A stretch of 64,000 nucleotides of DNA from positions 25,882 to 89,881 of the forward strand of contig CBFGTS010000018.1 of NCBI GenBank assembly GCA_965652295.1. Direction: 5' to 3'. The notes under the pieces are model-generated. The model was not told the origin of the DNA. It was given only the letters and a program-made list of their open reading frames with translations, and made no database searches. The translations under genes and the position numbers were made by a program. Of the stretch, positions 9,349 through 19,185 are shown in pieces. Within the stretch, counting starts at the first letter, position 1. Every line of letters begins with the position of its first letter. This stretch comes from an uncultured Haloferula sp. GTDB lineage: Bacteria; Verrucomicrobiota; Verrucomicrobiia; Verrucomicrobiales; Akkermansiaceae.

Positions 9349-9965
9349 TCGACGATGACGGGGGTTCCCACCTCGACGTTGTCGAAATAAATGCGGGCCA
9401 TCTTGTCGGGCATGCGGACGCAGCCGTGGGAGGCATTGTAGCCGGGGAGGTAGCCGGTGTGCATGCCGATGCCGCCGTTGAAGCGCATGAAGTTCCACAT
9501 CGGCGCACCGACGAACTTGCAGCCCGGCGGGACCTTGTCCTTCGACATGTCGGCATCGTCGTTGACGACCCGGGCGGTTCCGATTTCCTCGAAAATCCCG
9601 TAGAGGTTCGAGCGGTGCCAGCGGTCCTTCTCGGTGATCTTGTAGATTCCCGGAGGGGTGTCGTGGCCTTCCTTGCCGGTGGAAATCCGCGAAACCCCAA
9701 CGAGTTCGTTGCCCTTATAGAAGGAGGCCTTCTGCTGGCGGAGGTTGATGCGGATCGAGGGCGAGCCGACTTTTCCCTCGCCGGCCCAGTAGGAAGTGTC
9801 GTCCGGCATGGCGGCGCCGGGATCCGTCTTGGCGCGTTGTTCCTGCTTCGGCCCGTAGGCGGCGAGGTAGCGGCTTTGAGGGGTGCTGGCTCCGCCCATA
9901 TGGCAAGAAGCCAGGAGGAAACCGGCCAGCGGAATGAGGAACAGAGTGAGCTTGACCATGGGCAT
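9345..9965 (-). CDS. L,D-transpeptidase (YkuD family) lipoprotein
   Basis: Lipobox LASC; ISTGKEGHDTPPG; catalytic motif IGMHTG...ASHGCVRM. Confidence 0.88.
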   Translation of the reverse strand: MPMVKLTLFLIPLAGFLLASCHMGGASTPQSRYLAAYGPKQEQRAKTDPGAAMPDDTSYWAGEGKVGSPSIRINLRQQKASFYKGNELVGVSRISTGKEGHDTPPGIYKITEKDRWHRSNLYGIFEEIGTARVVNDDADMSKDKVPPGCKFVGAPMWNFMRFNGGIGMHTGYLPGYNASHGCVRMPDKMARIYFDNVEVGTPVIVE

Positions 9966-10086
9966 CGGGGATACGAGGCGGCATCGATACGTTTTCTTCC
10001 CGCGGGGTCAAGAGCGCGGATACGGCGCGAGTCGGGAGTTGATGCGCGTAAATCGTGTGCTATGGACTTCGCCGTTCCATCACACC

Positions 10087-10401
10087 ATGCCCAACTACGA
10101 CTACCGTTGCGAATCGTGCGGCCACCAGTTCGAGGTGTTCCAGAGTATGAATGACGCCAAACTCGAGGACTGTCCCATCGACGCTTGCGGCGGACGTGTC
10201 AAACGTCTGCTCGGCACCGGCGCGGGCCTGATCTTCAAGGGCAGCGGCTTTTACCAGACGGACTACCGCTCCGACTCCTACAAGGCGGGCGCGAAGTCCG
10301 ATGGTACGAGCGACTCGAAACCTGCGTCCGGTGGCGATTCGAAGCCTCCGGCTCCGTCCGGCGGCCATTCCTGTGGCGGCGGCTGTGGCTGCGCGGCCTG
10401 A
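10087..10401 (+). CDS. FmdB-family zinc ribbon protein
   Basis: MPNYDYRCESCGHQFE...CP...CGG...LIFKGSGFYQTDY; Cys-rich tail. Confidence 0.88.
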   Translation: MPNYDYRCESCGHQFEVFQSMNDAKLEDCPIDACGGRVKRLLGTGAGLIFKGSGFYQTDYRSDSYKAGAKSDGTSDSKPASGGDSKPPAPSGGHSCGGGCGCAA

Positions 10402-10475
10402 ACTTCCCGCGCCCGTGTCCCTCTGCCGGATGCGGGCGCTTTTCATTCCTGGCAGCGTTTGCTAGCGCTTCGCAC

Positions 10476-11213
10476 ATGGGTAAGGACGAACCGACGCAAA
10501 AGGTGAGGAAGAAGGGCGGGTGTCTCGGTCGTCTGGTGGCGCTTTTCACCCTGGCGGCTCTCGCCGGGCTGGGCGTGGGCGTGTTTTTCGTCCTGCAACC
10601 TCAGGACACTTCCGATATCGCCGGCACGGGGTCCGCAGCGGTCACCCAGAAGGCGCGCGACCTGCGGGTAGTGCTGCGAAATGCCTCGGAGAAAGGCTAC
10701 GAGCTGAGCCTGACCGAGGATGAAATCAACCGCTACCTGGCGCAGACGCTCAAGGCGAGCCAGACCGGGCCGCTGGCTGAGCTGGCGTCGATCCGGCAAG
10801 TGGCGGTGAGGCTGGAGGATGGACGGGCGGAGGTCGTGATCACGCGTGAGGTGGCCGGCCGGCCGCTGACGGTTTCGATGTATTTCCGCGTCGAACAGCT
10901 CGAATCTCCAGACGGCAGCGTGAGCACGCAGATCCACCTCGACGGCGGGGGGTATCACGAGGAGCTGCCACGCCCGCTGGTCGGCGGTCGCTTCGGCCGG
11001 GTGCCGGTGCCGCAGGGGTTCCTGGTCCTGGTGCTGCCCGCCTTCCAGCAGCTTGCGGAGGTCTATCGATCGCCGCCGGATGAGAGCGGCCGATTGATTC
11101 CGGAGAAGGAAATCGATTTCATTGAGGACATGGCGAGAATCCGCATTGAGAAAGGAAAGTTGGTGCTGGATCCGGTGGGAGCCAGAGCCATGGTGCCGCC
11201 TGCCGCACGATGA
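10476..11213 (+). CDS. Hypothetical single-TM envelope protein
   Basis: Basic N-terminus KKGGCLGRL followed by a TM helix; overlaps the next gene (ATGA). Confidence 0.65.
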   Translation: MGKDEPTQKVRKKGGCLGRLVALFTLAALAGLGVGVFFVLQPQDTSDIAGTGSAAVTQKARDLRVVLRNASEKGYELSLTEDEINRYLAQTLKASQTGPLAELASIRQVAVRLEDGRAEVVITREVAGRPLTVSMYFRVEQLESPDGSVSTQIHLDGGGYHEELPRPLVGGRFGRVPVPQGFLVLVLPAFQQLAEVYRSPPDESGRLIPEKEIDFIEDMARIRIEKGKLVLDPVGARAMVPPAAR

Positions 11214-12631
11214 AGATTCGAGTTTCCGGCCTCCTGTGTTTCGTCTTCCTGGCTTGCGTTTCGGCTGAGGAGGAGGGGGAGGCGCTGCTGCAGGAGGACA
11301 AGGTGGTACCGGCCGCCGAGCGGATCGAGCCGTTGGAGGTGAGCCCTCTGGCAGCGGAGTTGGCTTCGCGGGTGATTTCGGAGAGCGGCCAATTCCGGGT
11401 GGCGGGAGGGGAGCGGGCGCTGCGCGGCTCGGTGGCATTGCAAGCAGACTCGGTGCGGATGTGGTTCCACCGGCTGATCGAGACCGAGCCTCTCAGTAAG
11501 CCGATGCCGGTGGAGATCATCCTCCACGGTCAGGCCGGCGATCCGCCGAAGGCGCGGCCTCTCGCCTACGAACTGCGCTTCACCCCGGACACGTTCATGT
11601 TGCGGATTCACGTGGATCTCGCCCAAGGCATGGATCACGACCGCCTGGAGTCGGCGATCCTCTCGGGCCTGCTTTTTGACCGGGCTTTGGCGGACACGAA
11701 GCCCGGGCCGCTGGATGGGCCTCTGCGTGCACCGGCGTGGATGGTGATCGGTCTCAAGGAAGCCCGCGAGTGGGCGGAGGGCCGGGGCGACCGGAGGTTG
11801 TACGAGGGCGTGTTCCAGCAGAGCGTGCGGTTCGCGATCGACGAGCTGCTGGCGATGGAGAACGACCGCCATGAGCGACTGGATGGGCTTTCGAAGTCGA
11901 TCTTCCGCGTGCAATCGGGCGCGATGGTCATGGCGCTGCTCAGTCAGCCGGATGGCAAAGCGGCCTTCGCGCGGTTCTGCGATGACGCCGCGGCCTATGA
12001 GGGCGAGTTTCCCATTCTGCTGCGGCAGCATTTTCCGGACCTCAATCTGTCCGAGAAGAGCCTCGTGAAATGGTGGTCGCTGACCCTCGCCAAGCTCTCT
12101 GAAGCACCGTTAACGGAGGCGATGGGGATCGAGGAAACCGAGAAACGTCTGGAGGAGGAACTCGTGCTCCAGTTCACCGATGGCGAAGGGCTGCGGCGGC
12201 GGATTCCGATCGCGCAGTGGAAGGAGCTACCCGAGATGGGCGAAGCGGCGCGGCTCGAAGTGGTCCGGCCGTTGCAGGACGCGCTCGGGCACCTCAGCTA
12301 TCGCTGCTTTCCCTCTTATCGACCGCTCCTGATGGACTACCAGAAATGGCTGGTCTCGTGGGCGTCGGGTGAGGAAGAGCCGGAACCAGCGCTTTTTGAA
12401 ATGGAGGAGGCGCGCGAGATCATGGCCCAGCGGGCGTTGCGGGCGCGCGACTACCTCGACTTCGTGGAAATCGATCAAGCCCGCGAATTGAGCGGAAACT
12501 TCGAGGATTTCATGAAGCTCAAGCAGGAACTCGCCGAGCGCGTGAGGCCGCCGCGAGGAGACCGGGTCTCGAAGTACCTGGACACGATCCAGGCCGTTTA
12601 CGGCACCGGCACGGTTGCGCCGGCACCCTGA
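11210..12631 (+). CDS. Hypothetical secreted protein
   Basis: 473-aa ORF with a signal peptide; coupled to the previous gene. Confidence 0.65.
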   Translation: MKIRVSGLLCFVFLACVSAEEEGEALLQEDKVVPAAERIEPLEVSPLAAELASRVISESGQFRVAGGERALRGSVALQADSVRMWFHRLIETEPLSKPMPVEIILHGQAGDPPKARPLAYELRFTPDTFMLRIHVDLAQGMDHDRLESAILSGLLFDRALADTKPGPLDGPLRAPAWMVIGLKEAREWAEGRGDRRLYEGVFQQSVRFAIDELLAMENDRHERLDGLSKSIFRVQSGAMVMALLSQPDGKAAFARFCDDAAAYEGEFPILLRQHFPDLNLSEKSLVKWWSLTLAKLSEAPLTEAMGIEETEKRLEEELVLQFTDGEGLRRRIPIAQWKELPEMGEAARLEVVRPLQDALGHLSYRCFPSYRPLLMDYQKWLVSWASGEEEPEPALFEMEEAREIMAQRALRARDYLDFVEIDQARELSGNFEDFMKLKQELAERVRPPRGDRVSKYLDTIQAVYGTGTVAPAP

Positions 12632-13464
12632 GCCCGGTCAAGGGCCGCACGGGCACCCGCGGCCTCGTGCAGCGTGTGGGCATCCAATGGCACGAACTGG
12701 ATGGCTTGCTTTGGGTCCGTCATTTTCACGGCCTGCTGAAGAGCCTGCTGGATTTCGGGAGCGCCATAAAACGGCCCGCCGCCGGGTCCTCCGGTGGTGT
12801 GGGTCTCGATCAAGATGAGTTCGCCATGACTCAGCAGGAACGACGGGTTTCCTGAGTCGCCGGTAATCAGGGCGTGATCACGATTCCGCGCCTGGTGGTC
12901 GAGGTAGCGGAAGTGCATTCCACTTCCATGAAACCCGCCGATCTCCCGGAAATCGATGGCCCGGCGCGCCCCGGTAACCACGGCGGTGGCGCCGGTCAGG
13001 ACGTTCGGATCACCCTGTAGGCGGGGCAGAGGATAGCTGCGGATCGAGGCCGGCAATGGCAGATCCAGCAGACCCACCGCGACATCACCTGCGGCGCCGA
13101 GGTCGCGTAGCCGGATGACATTGATGACCTTGCGGGAGTGCGCATGGCCGTCGCGGTCGTGAAACACGGTCGTCTCGCCCGGTTTCAGTCGGTAGTGGTC
13201 GGCCATCACCACGTGGCGGGGAGTGATGGCCGTGGTGGTTTTCGGCTGGCTCCAGGCGATCCCGGTGAGATCGAGCTGCCACGGCCAGGCTTGGTTCCAG
13301 CGCGCGCCATGGCCTCGATGATAATCGGCAAAAACCGGGGTGCGCTGGGTGTGCTCCGCGGCTAGGCCCATCAGCGTCAGGTCCGGACGGTGGGCGAGCC
13401 GTTGGGGCGCGCAGGTGGCCAACAAGAGGGTCAACAGAAGAGAGGGAGCGGCGATCCGTTTCAT
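12598..13464 (-). CDS. Putative trypsin-like (PA clan) serine protease, exported
   Basis: Signal/lipobox-like LLATC; TAITPRHVVMADH (His), GDVAVGLL (Asp), GDSGNP (Ser). Confidence 0.65.
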   Translation of the reverse strand: MKRIAAPSLLLTLLLATCAPQRLAHRPDLTLMGLAAEHTQRTPVFADYHRGHGARWNQAWPWQLDLTGIAWSQPKTTTAITPRHVVMADHYRLKPGETTVFHDRDGHAHSRKVINVIRLRDLGAAGDVAVGLLDLPLPASIRSYPLPRLQGDPNVLTGATAVVTGARRAIDFREIGGFHGSGMHFRYLDHQARNRDHALITGDSGNPSFLLSHGELILIETHTTGGPGGGPFYGAPEIQQALQQAVKMTDPKQAIQFVPLDAHTLHEAAGARAALDRAQGAGATVPVP

Positions 13465-13550
13465 GCGACCACCCTCAGCCCGAGCAAGGGGCCTCCGCAA
13501 GACAAGGAATCCCGCTCGACGCCACGCGGAATTTGGCTATCCGTTTTCCT

Positions 13551-14222
13551 ATGACCGAAGACGAAAAGACGCCTGAGTCCGCACCACCCGGCAGCCTTCC
13601 GCCGCCCTCGAAGCTGCCTCCGCCCTCGGGCCTTCCGTCGCCCAGTCTCACGCCTCCGCCGCAACCGCCTCCCATGGACCCGGTGCCGAAGGCCGCGCCG
13701 ACTCCGGACACGCCGCCGCCGATGAATCCCGCGCCCTCGCAAAGCACTGCGCCCCCGGTCATTCAGGAAGCCGCGGATGAGGACGAAACCGTGTTGGAAG
13801 ACGGTGCGATTCCGCCGATCAATACGCGGCTCATCGCGGCGGTGATCGACCTTCTGGTGATGATCGGTCTGCAATTCGCGGCCTCGATCCTTCTGCCTGA
13901 TGCCATCGATTCGATCTCGTGGCTGGTCGGTGCCGCCTATCTTGTCACCCGCGATTCCCTGCCGTTCCTGAAACAGGGAAGCATCGGAAAAATGGCGATG
14001 AAGCTGCGGGTCGAAAAGGTCTCGGGAGGATCGATGGAAAGCGATTGGACCACCGCCGCCATCCGTAACGCACCGCTCCTCATCCCACTCTTCGGGCTCG
14101 TCGAGGCCATCGTCCTCTTCAACCGCGAAAACGATGCGCGCCAGAAGGGGCTGCGGCTTGGCGACGAATGGGCGAAGACCCGCGTGGTGGTCTCCGCTCC
14201 GCCGGCTACTCCCGAGGTCTGA
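13551..14222 (+). CDS. RDD-family membrane protein with Pro-rich N-terminus
   Basis: RLIAAVID, SIGKMAMKLRV, AAIRN, GLRLGDEWAKTRV. Confidence 0.85.
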   Translation: MTEDEKTPESAPPGSLPPPSKLPPPSGLPSPSLTPPPQPPPMDPVPKAAPTPDTPPPMNPAPSQSTAPPVIQEAADEDETVLEDGAIPPINTRLIAAVIDLLVMIGLQFAASILLPDAIDSISWLVGAAYLVTRDSLPFLKQGSIGKMAMKLRVEKVSGGSMESDWTTAAIRNAPLLIPLFGLVEAIVLFNRENDARQKGLRLGDEWAKTRVVVSAPPATPEV

Positions 14223-14238
14223 CGCCCGGAAGAGCTTC

Positions 14239-15057
14239 TCACTTCTGACACCTCGGGCACCAGTAGGTCGAGCGCTGGCCCATCACAGCCTGCCGGATAG
14301 GAGTGCCGCACACGCGGCATGGCATCGCCGCGCGCTCATACACAAAAAGCCGCTGCTTGAAATATCCCGGTTCGCCGGCCGAGTTGACGAAGTCCCGCAG
14401 GGTCGTCCCGCCTTGCTCGATCGATTCCTCCAGCACGTTTCGAATGGCCTCGGCCAACCGTGCGAGACGCGGTTTCGAAATCCGGTGTGCCGGGGTGCCG
14501 GGCCGGATGCCCGCGCGGAACAGGGACTCGCTGGCGTAGATGTTTCCGACGCCAACGACCACCTTCGCATCCATGATCACCTGCTTGATCGCTGCCTTCC
14601 GGCTACGGCAGGCCTCGTACAAAACCCGCGCATCGAAATCCGGCCCCAGCGGCTCCGGCCCCAGATGGCGGAGCAGGGGATGTTCCCCGGCCGGACCGCG
14701 CCCGATCGGCAGGACGATCCCGAACCGCCGTGGGTCGTGAAAGCGAACCTGCCGCCCGTCGTCCAGCACCAGCATCACGTGATCGTGCTTGCGCAGTTCC
14801 ATGGCCGGTTCGCAGATCCGGAGGCTGCCGGACATGCCGAGGTGGATCAGCAGTTGCTCGCCGTTTCCGAAGGCGCCGATCAGGTACTTCGAGCGGCGTT
14901 GTAGCGAAATCACCCGCTGGCCTTCCAGCCGGTCGAGATCCGGCGGTACCGGCAGGCGTAGCCGCGTCTCCCGCACGATGATCTCGCTCACCGTGCGACC
15001 GATCAGATGAGGCGTGATGCCCCGCCGCGTCGTCTCAACCTCGGGAAGCTCCGGCAT
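14239..15057 (-). CDS. mutM: Formamidopyrimidine-DNA glycosylase/AP lyase
   Basis: MPELPEVET, HLGMSG, GVGNIYASE, C-terminal CxxC...CxxC. Confidence 0.96.
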   Translation of the reverse strand: MPELPEVETTRRGITPHLIGRTVSEIIVRETRLRLPVPPDLDRLEGQRVISLQRRSKYLIGAFGNGEQLLIHLGMSGSLRICEPAMELRKHDHVMLVLDDGRQVRFHDPRRFGIVLPIGRGPAGEHPLLRHLGPEPLGPDFDARVLYEACRSRKAAIKQVIMDAKVVVGVGNIYASESLFRAGIRPGTPAHRISKPRLARLAEAIRNVLEESIEQGGTTLRDFVNSAGEPGYFKQRLFVYERAAMPCRVCGTPIRQAVMGQRSTYWCPRCQK

Positions 15058-15063
15058 GCAGGC

Positions 15064-15723
15064 TCAGCGCAGGATGTAGCCGGCGGTGGCGACCACGTGG
15101 CAGGCGCTCCCCAGCATCACGAAGCCGTGCCAGATCGCATGATTGTAGGGCAGCTTTTCCCAGGCAAAGAAGATGACCCCGAGCGTGTAGCCCACGCCTC
15201 CCGCGACCAGCCACAGCAGGCCGGCCAGCGGCAGGCTTCGAATCAGCGGTCCGGCGGCGATCACGATCAGCCAACCCATCACCACGTACAGCGCGGTGGA
15301 CCACCAGGTCTCGCGTTTCCCCCGCATGACGGTTTTCAAAACCACCCCGGCGATCGCCAGGAACCAGACGATCCCGAAAATCGTCCAGCCCCACGCCCCG
15401 CGCATCGCCACCAGCGTCAGCGGCGTGTAGGAGCCCGCGATCAGGAGGTAGATGCAGGCATGATCGAACACTTGCAGCAGGGCCTTCATCCGCGGTGAGG
15501 AGAACGCGTGGTAGATGCTCGAGGAGAGGTAAAGCAGCACCAGCGTGCCGCCGAATATCGAGGCAGCCACGATCTCCCGCGGTTGACCGTTCGCGGCGAG
15601 CAGCATCACCACCAGAGCGGCCACGGCGAGCACCGTGCCCACGATGTGGCTCCACATCGAGGCGCGCTCTTCGGCAAGGCTGGCGCAGAGCGGTGAACGG
15701 GGTCGGAAGGGGAAGGCGGACAC
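15064..15723 (-). CDS. Hemolysin III / PAQR-family membrane protein
   Basis: EExASxWSH, SSxYH, DHACIYLLIAGSYTP, HAIWHxFV. Confidence 0.9.
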   Translation of the reverse strand: MSAFPFRPRSPLCASLAEERASMWSHIVGTVLAVAALVVMLLAANGQPREIVAASIFGGTLVLLYLSSSIYHAFSSPRMKALLQVFDHACIYLLIAGSYTPLTLVAMRGAWGWTIFGIVWFLAIAGVVLKTVMRGKRETWWSTALYVVMGWLIVIAAGPLIRSLPLAGLLWLVAGGVGYTLGVIFFAWEKLPYNHAIWHGFVMLGSACHVVATAGYILR

Positions 15724-15750
15724 GGCCGCAGGATAGCAAGGAATGCGGGT

Positions 15751-16314
15751 TTGTCGATGGACGGGATTGGCAGCGCGGCGGCGCTATGGCAGGGAGTCCC
15801 GGTGACCGAAGTGCTGCAAGCCTGCCATCTTGTCTGCGGGCCTCCCGCGTCCGGCAAGACCACCTACGCCACCCGTCTCGCGGATGAAACCGGAGCAGTG
15901 CTTCTCGACAGTGATGCGGTGGCTGAGCGTCTCGTCCGCGCGGGTCTCGCGCTGGCGGGGTTGGATCCGGATGATCGCGATTCGCCGCGCTACAAGTCGG
16001 CATACCGCAATGCGGTTTATGAAACGCTCTTCGATCTCGCTGTGGCTCATCTTCCGCGGCTCCCCGTGGTGATCGTCGGTCCGTTTACTACGGAGGGAGG
16101 AAACGCCGCCTGGCCCGTCGAATTGAGGGCCCGGCTTGGCGTGTCGCCCGTCCTTCACCACGTCTGGTGTCCGCCGGAAATCCGTCGTTCCCGGCTTGTG
16201 GCTCGGGGCGAGCCGCGGGACCGACCGAAGCTCCTCGCCTGGGAAACCTATCTCGCCAGCTGCCGTGAAGATCCGCCGGTGTGGAGTCACGTCAGCGTTG
16301 ATGGCAGGAGGTAA
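15751..16314 (+). CDS. P-loop kinase-like protein (AAA_33-type); start uncertain
   Basis: Walker A CGPPASGKTT; LLDSD; RxRLxxRGEPRD. Confidence 0.7.
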   Translation: MSMDGIGSAAALWQGVPVTEVLQACHLVCGPPASGKTTYATRLADETGAVLLDSDAVAERLVRAGLALAGLDPDDRDSPRYKSAYRNAVYETLFDLAVAHLPRLPVVIVGPFTTEGGNAAWPVELRARLGVSPVLHHVWCPPEIRRSRLVARGEPRDRPKLLAWETYLASCREDPPVWSHVSVDGRR

Positions 16315-16332
16315 GGCGACCGGAGGATGGCG

Positions 16333-16581
16333 CTATGCTCCCTGAGACCGGACCTTCTCGAGGAAGGGAACGAGTTCTTCGACCCCGAAATCGGCGAGGA
16401 CTTCACCGTCCCAGTCCATGGTGGGCGCACGCGACTGGCCGCTGAGCTCGACCATTTCCTTCATGCCGTCGCGGTCGCGGCTGACGTTGACGGTTTCATA
16501 CTCGATGCCGTGGCGGCGGAGATAGGCTTCGACATCGACGCACCACGGGCAGCCGGGCTTGATGTAGAGGGTGGGACGCAT
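16333..16581 (-). CDS. Glutaredoxin-family protein
   Basis: LYIKPGCPWC, SGQSRAPT, LADFG. Confidence 0.88.
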   Translation of the reverse strand: MRPTLYIKPGCPWCVDVEAYLRRHGIEYETVNVSRDRDGMKEMVELSGQSRAPTMDWDGEVLADFGVEELVPFLEKVRSQGA

Positions 16582-16620
16582 GGGAGACGATGGCATCACG
16601 AGTGGAATCCGCTGGCCCTG

Positions 16621-17793
16621 TTAGATGAATCGGACGGCGTGTTTTTTCGACAGCTTCAGGACGTCGCCGGGAGCGGGGGTGATGCTGGCGTTGGGATCGG
16701 TGAGTTTCTCGCCGTTGAGCTGGACGGAGCCGGGGGCGATGAACTGTTTTTTGAGCTCGCCGTTCGATTTGGTGATGCCGAAGGCGGATTCGAAGGCCAG
16801 CGCGGAGAGGGCGAGCACGCTCGTTTCACCGGGTGCGGAAATTTCAGGAAGGTCCGAGGCGGCGAGATCTTTCTTGGAAAAGCGCGTGTCCCAATCGGCT
16901 CGCGCGGCGCTGCCGGCTTCGTCGCCGTGATAGCGGGCGGTGAGTTTTTCCGCGAGGGACTTCTTGGCCTCCATCGGGTGCTGGGCGGGATCGAGGGTCT
17001 CGCCAAGGAGCAGGAGGTAATAGCGGGCCATGAGGTCGTCGGAGACACTCATGAGCTTGCCGAACATGTCCTGCGGCTCGTCGTTCACGCCGACGTAGTT
17101 GCCGTAGGACTTCGACATCTTCTTTACGCCATCGAGGCCTTCAAGCAGCGGCATCGTGATGACGACCTGCTGCGGTTGGCCTTCTTCCTTTTGGAGATCA
17201 CGGCCCACGAGGAGGTTGAAGAGCTGGTCGGTGCCGCCCAGTTCGACGTCGGCGCGGACCTCGACCGAGTCCCATCCCTGGACAATCGGGTATTGGATCT
17301 CGTGGAGGCGGACTTCCTTGCCCTGTTCGATGCGGTTTTTGAAATCCTCCCGCTGAAGCATCTGCTGCATGGTGACGCGGGCGTTGAGGCGCAGGACGTC
17401 CTCGAAGGTCATCTTGCGGAACCAGTCGCCGTTGAAGACGACCTCGGTTTTGTCGCGGTCGAGCAGCTTGAACGCCTGTTCGGTGTAGGTCTTGGCATTC
17501 TCAAGAACGGCCTCGCGGCTGAGCGGCGGGCGGGTGGCGGAGCGGCCGGAGGGATCGCCGATGGTGGCGGTGAAATCGCCGATGAGCAGGACCGCCTGGT
17601 GGCCGAGCGCCTGGAACTGGCGGAGCTTTTCGAACACGACGGTGTGCCCGAGGTGGATGTCGGGGGAAGTGGGGTCGAGCCCGAGTTTGACGCGCAGCGG
17701 GCGGCCGAGCTTGAGTTTTTCGAGCAGTTCCTTTTCCGAAAGGACCTTGGCGGTGCCGGCGGTGAGGAGGGCGAGTTGATCTTCGGGCGTCAC
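16621..17793 (-). CDS. tyrS: Tyrosine-tRNA ligase
   Basis: KLGLDPTSPDIHLGH, IGDPSGR, ELGGTDQ, KMSKS, S4-like C-terminus. GTG start at 17793 follows a promoter. Confidence 0.96.
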   Translation of the reverse strand: MTPEDQLALLTAGTAKVLSEKELLEKLKLGRPLRVKLGLDPTSPDIHLGHTVVFEKLRQFQALGHQAVLLIGDFTATIGDPSGRSATRPPLSREAVLENAKTYTEQAFKLLDRDKTEVVFNGDWFRKMTFEDVLRLNARVTMQQMLQREDFKNRIEQGKEVRLHEIQYPIVQGWDSVEVRADVELGGTDQLFNLLVGRDLQKEEGQPQQVVITMPLLEGLDGVKKMSKSYGNYVGVNDEPQDMFGKLMSVSDDLMARYYLLLLGETLDPAQHPMEAKKSLAEKLTARYHGDEAGSAARADWDTRFSKKDLAASDLPEISAPGETSVLALSALAFESAFGITKSNGELKKQFIAPGSVQLNGEKLTDPNASITPAPGDVLKLSKKHAVRFI

Positions 17794-17800
17794 GGCGGTG

Positions 17801-17829
17801 GGTCTAGGGCACGCGGGGGCGGGTGACAA
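17801..17829 (-). promoter_or_regulatory. Sigma70-like promoter of tyrS (leaderless geometry)
   Basis: Minus strand TTGTCA -17 nt- TAGACC -7 nt- GTG. Confidence 0.6.
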
Positions 17830-17896
17830 GCGGCGAGGAAATCCGACTCAAATCCCGTATTGCGGCCGGGTGGGGGATTTGCCAGCGTCTGCGGCC

Positions 17897-18514
17897 ATGA
17901 CCCACCGGTTGCTCCAGCTCGCTCTTGTCTGTTCCGCCGGACTTGTGGCCTCGTGTGCCAGCGAGGACGGGAGCGGACAGGCGGTGGCGGAGGCACCTCC
18001 GGCAAAGTCGGAACGGATCAAGAGCGGCGATCTTTTCGACGACGATTCGGCCGCCATCGCGGAACGCTTCGGGGCGGTGAATCCGATGTACACCGGGCAG
18101 CAGCGCAAGTCCGCCACGGAAAGCACGAAGACGAACAGCATGTTCGAGGGCGAGTTCGCGAAGCGGGAGTTCGCGGCGAAGGACTACGGCAAGAAGTCGT
18201 TCTGGGGCACCAAGGAGTATGCGAAGAAGGTTTACGGCGGTGACACCGATGGCAGCCGGTTCTTGAAACCTGCACGCGAGGGTGGAGCGGGCGCTCGGGA
18301 GGGCGCGATGGTTTCCCGGGAAAGCAGCCAGGCTTACGATACCGGAAGCTACGGCACCGGTGCGGCGCGCGAGGCGGGAGTTTCGGGCATTGCCCGGACT
18401 TCCGATGCGGAGACCGATGTCCGCCGGCGTGTCTGGAAACAGCCGGAGGTGCGGGATTACCGCAACCAGCGCGCGCTGTCCGTGGAGGATACGAAGTGGA
18501 TGCTGGGACGCTGA
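17897..18514 (+). CDS. Hypothetical lipoprotein
   Basis: Lipobox VASC; Gly/Ala/Ser-rich body with GARE-like repeats. Confidence 0.7.
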   Translation: MTHRLLQLALVCSAGLVASCASEDGSGQAVAEAPPAKSERIKSGDLFDDDSAAIAERFGAVNPMYTGQQRKSATESTKTNSMFEGEFAKREFAAKDYGKKSFWGTKEYAKKVYGGDTDGSRFLKPAREGGAGAREGAMVSRESSQAYDTGSYGTGAAREAGVSGIARTSDAETDVRRRVWKQPEVRDYRNQRALSVEDTKWMLGR

Positions 18515-19171
18515 TCAGTCCCGCGGGATGGTGGCAAGGAGCGCCTTGCGCAGGTCCGCCCACTTGACGGGTTTGTTTTCCAGAAAACTGGAGGATGCCG
18601 CGGTCAGGCGGATCGAGAGCAGCCCGGGGAATCGTTCGCGCAGGAAACTCTGGAGATCGCGCGAGCCGGTGGTGCCGGAGCGGATGAACTCCGCCGGGAA
18701 GATTTCCCGAAGCGAGGCGATCCAGCGGTCGATCCAATCGAGCTCCTCGGTGCGGCGCCCGTCACAGGAGATCTCGACGGCGGCTCCACCCAGGTCGGCG
18801 GTGTCGATCGACAGGTGGACGGTCGTTTCGTGGCGCATCATTGGAATGCGGATGCGGTTCTGCAAGGTGTCGAGAAAGCTCTTTTTCTGACGTTCATCGA
18901 GCTTTCTTCGCTGGTCTTCGGTGAGGCCCTGACTGAGACGGCTCCAGCGATCGTCACTTTCCGGATGCCGGGTGAGGTCGATCAGGAGCCGGGTGACGTC
19001 GGCATGGATCAGCGGCGAGTGGAGCTGCATGGCGATGCCCTGGGCGAGGTTGAGCGCGCCGGGCGACCAACCGTGGGCGGCGATGAAATCCTCCTCTCCT
19101 TTGACATCGGCGCGATGCCACTCGGGGACGGTGGAGACGGCCGTTTCGCAGGACGGGATGATCGCGGTCAT
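18515..19171 (-). CDS. N-formylglutamate amidohydrolase-like protein with degenerate active site
   Basis: Family scaffold SCE(T)A, HGW(S)PGA, TRLLIDL, HLSI(D)T. Confidence 0.65.
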   Translation of the reverse strand: MTAIIPSCETAVSTVPEWHRADVKGEEDFIAAHGWSPGALNLAQGIAMQLHSPLIHADVTRLLIDLTRHPESDDRWSRLSQGLTEDQRRKLDERQKKSFLDTLQNRIRIPMMRHETTVHLSIDTADLGGAAVEISCDGRRTEELDWIDRWIASLREIFPAEFIRSGTTGSRDLQSFLRERFPGLLSIRLTAASSSFLENKPVKWADLRKALLATIPRD

Positions 19172-19185
19172 GGAGGGAGGGAGAT

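Noticed and set aside
16327..17826. 499-aa plus-strand ORF
   Set aside because: Antisense shadow of tyrS and the glutaredoxin gene, expected from high GC3 codon bias; no motifs.
17794..17896. T-box or attenuator upstream of tyrS (also checked for cysS)
   Set aside because: The predicted promoters abut the start codons, leaving no leader, and no T-box motif is present.
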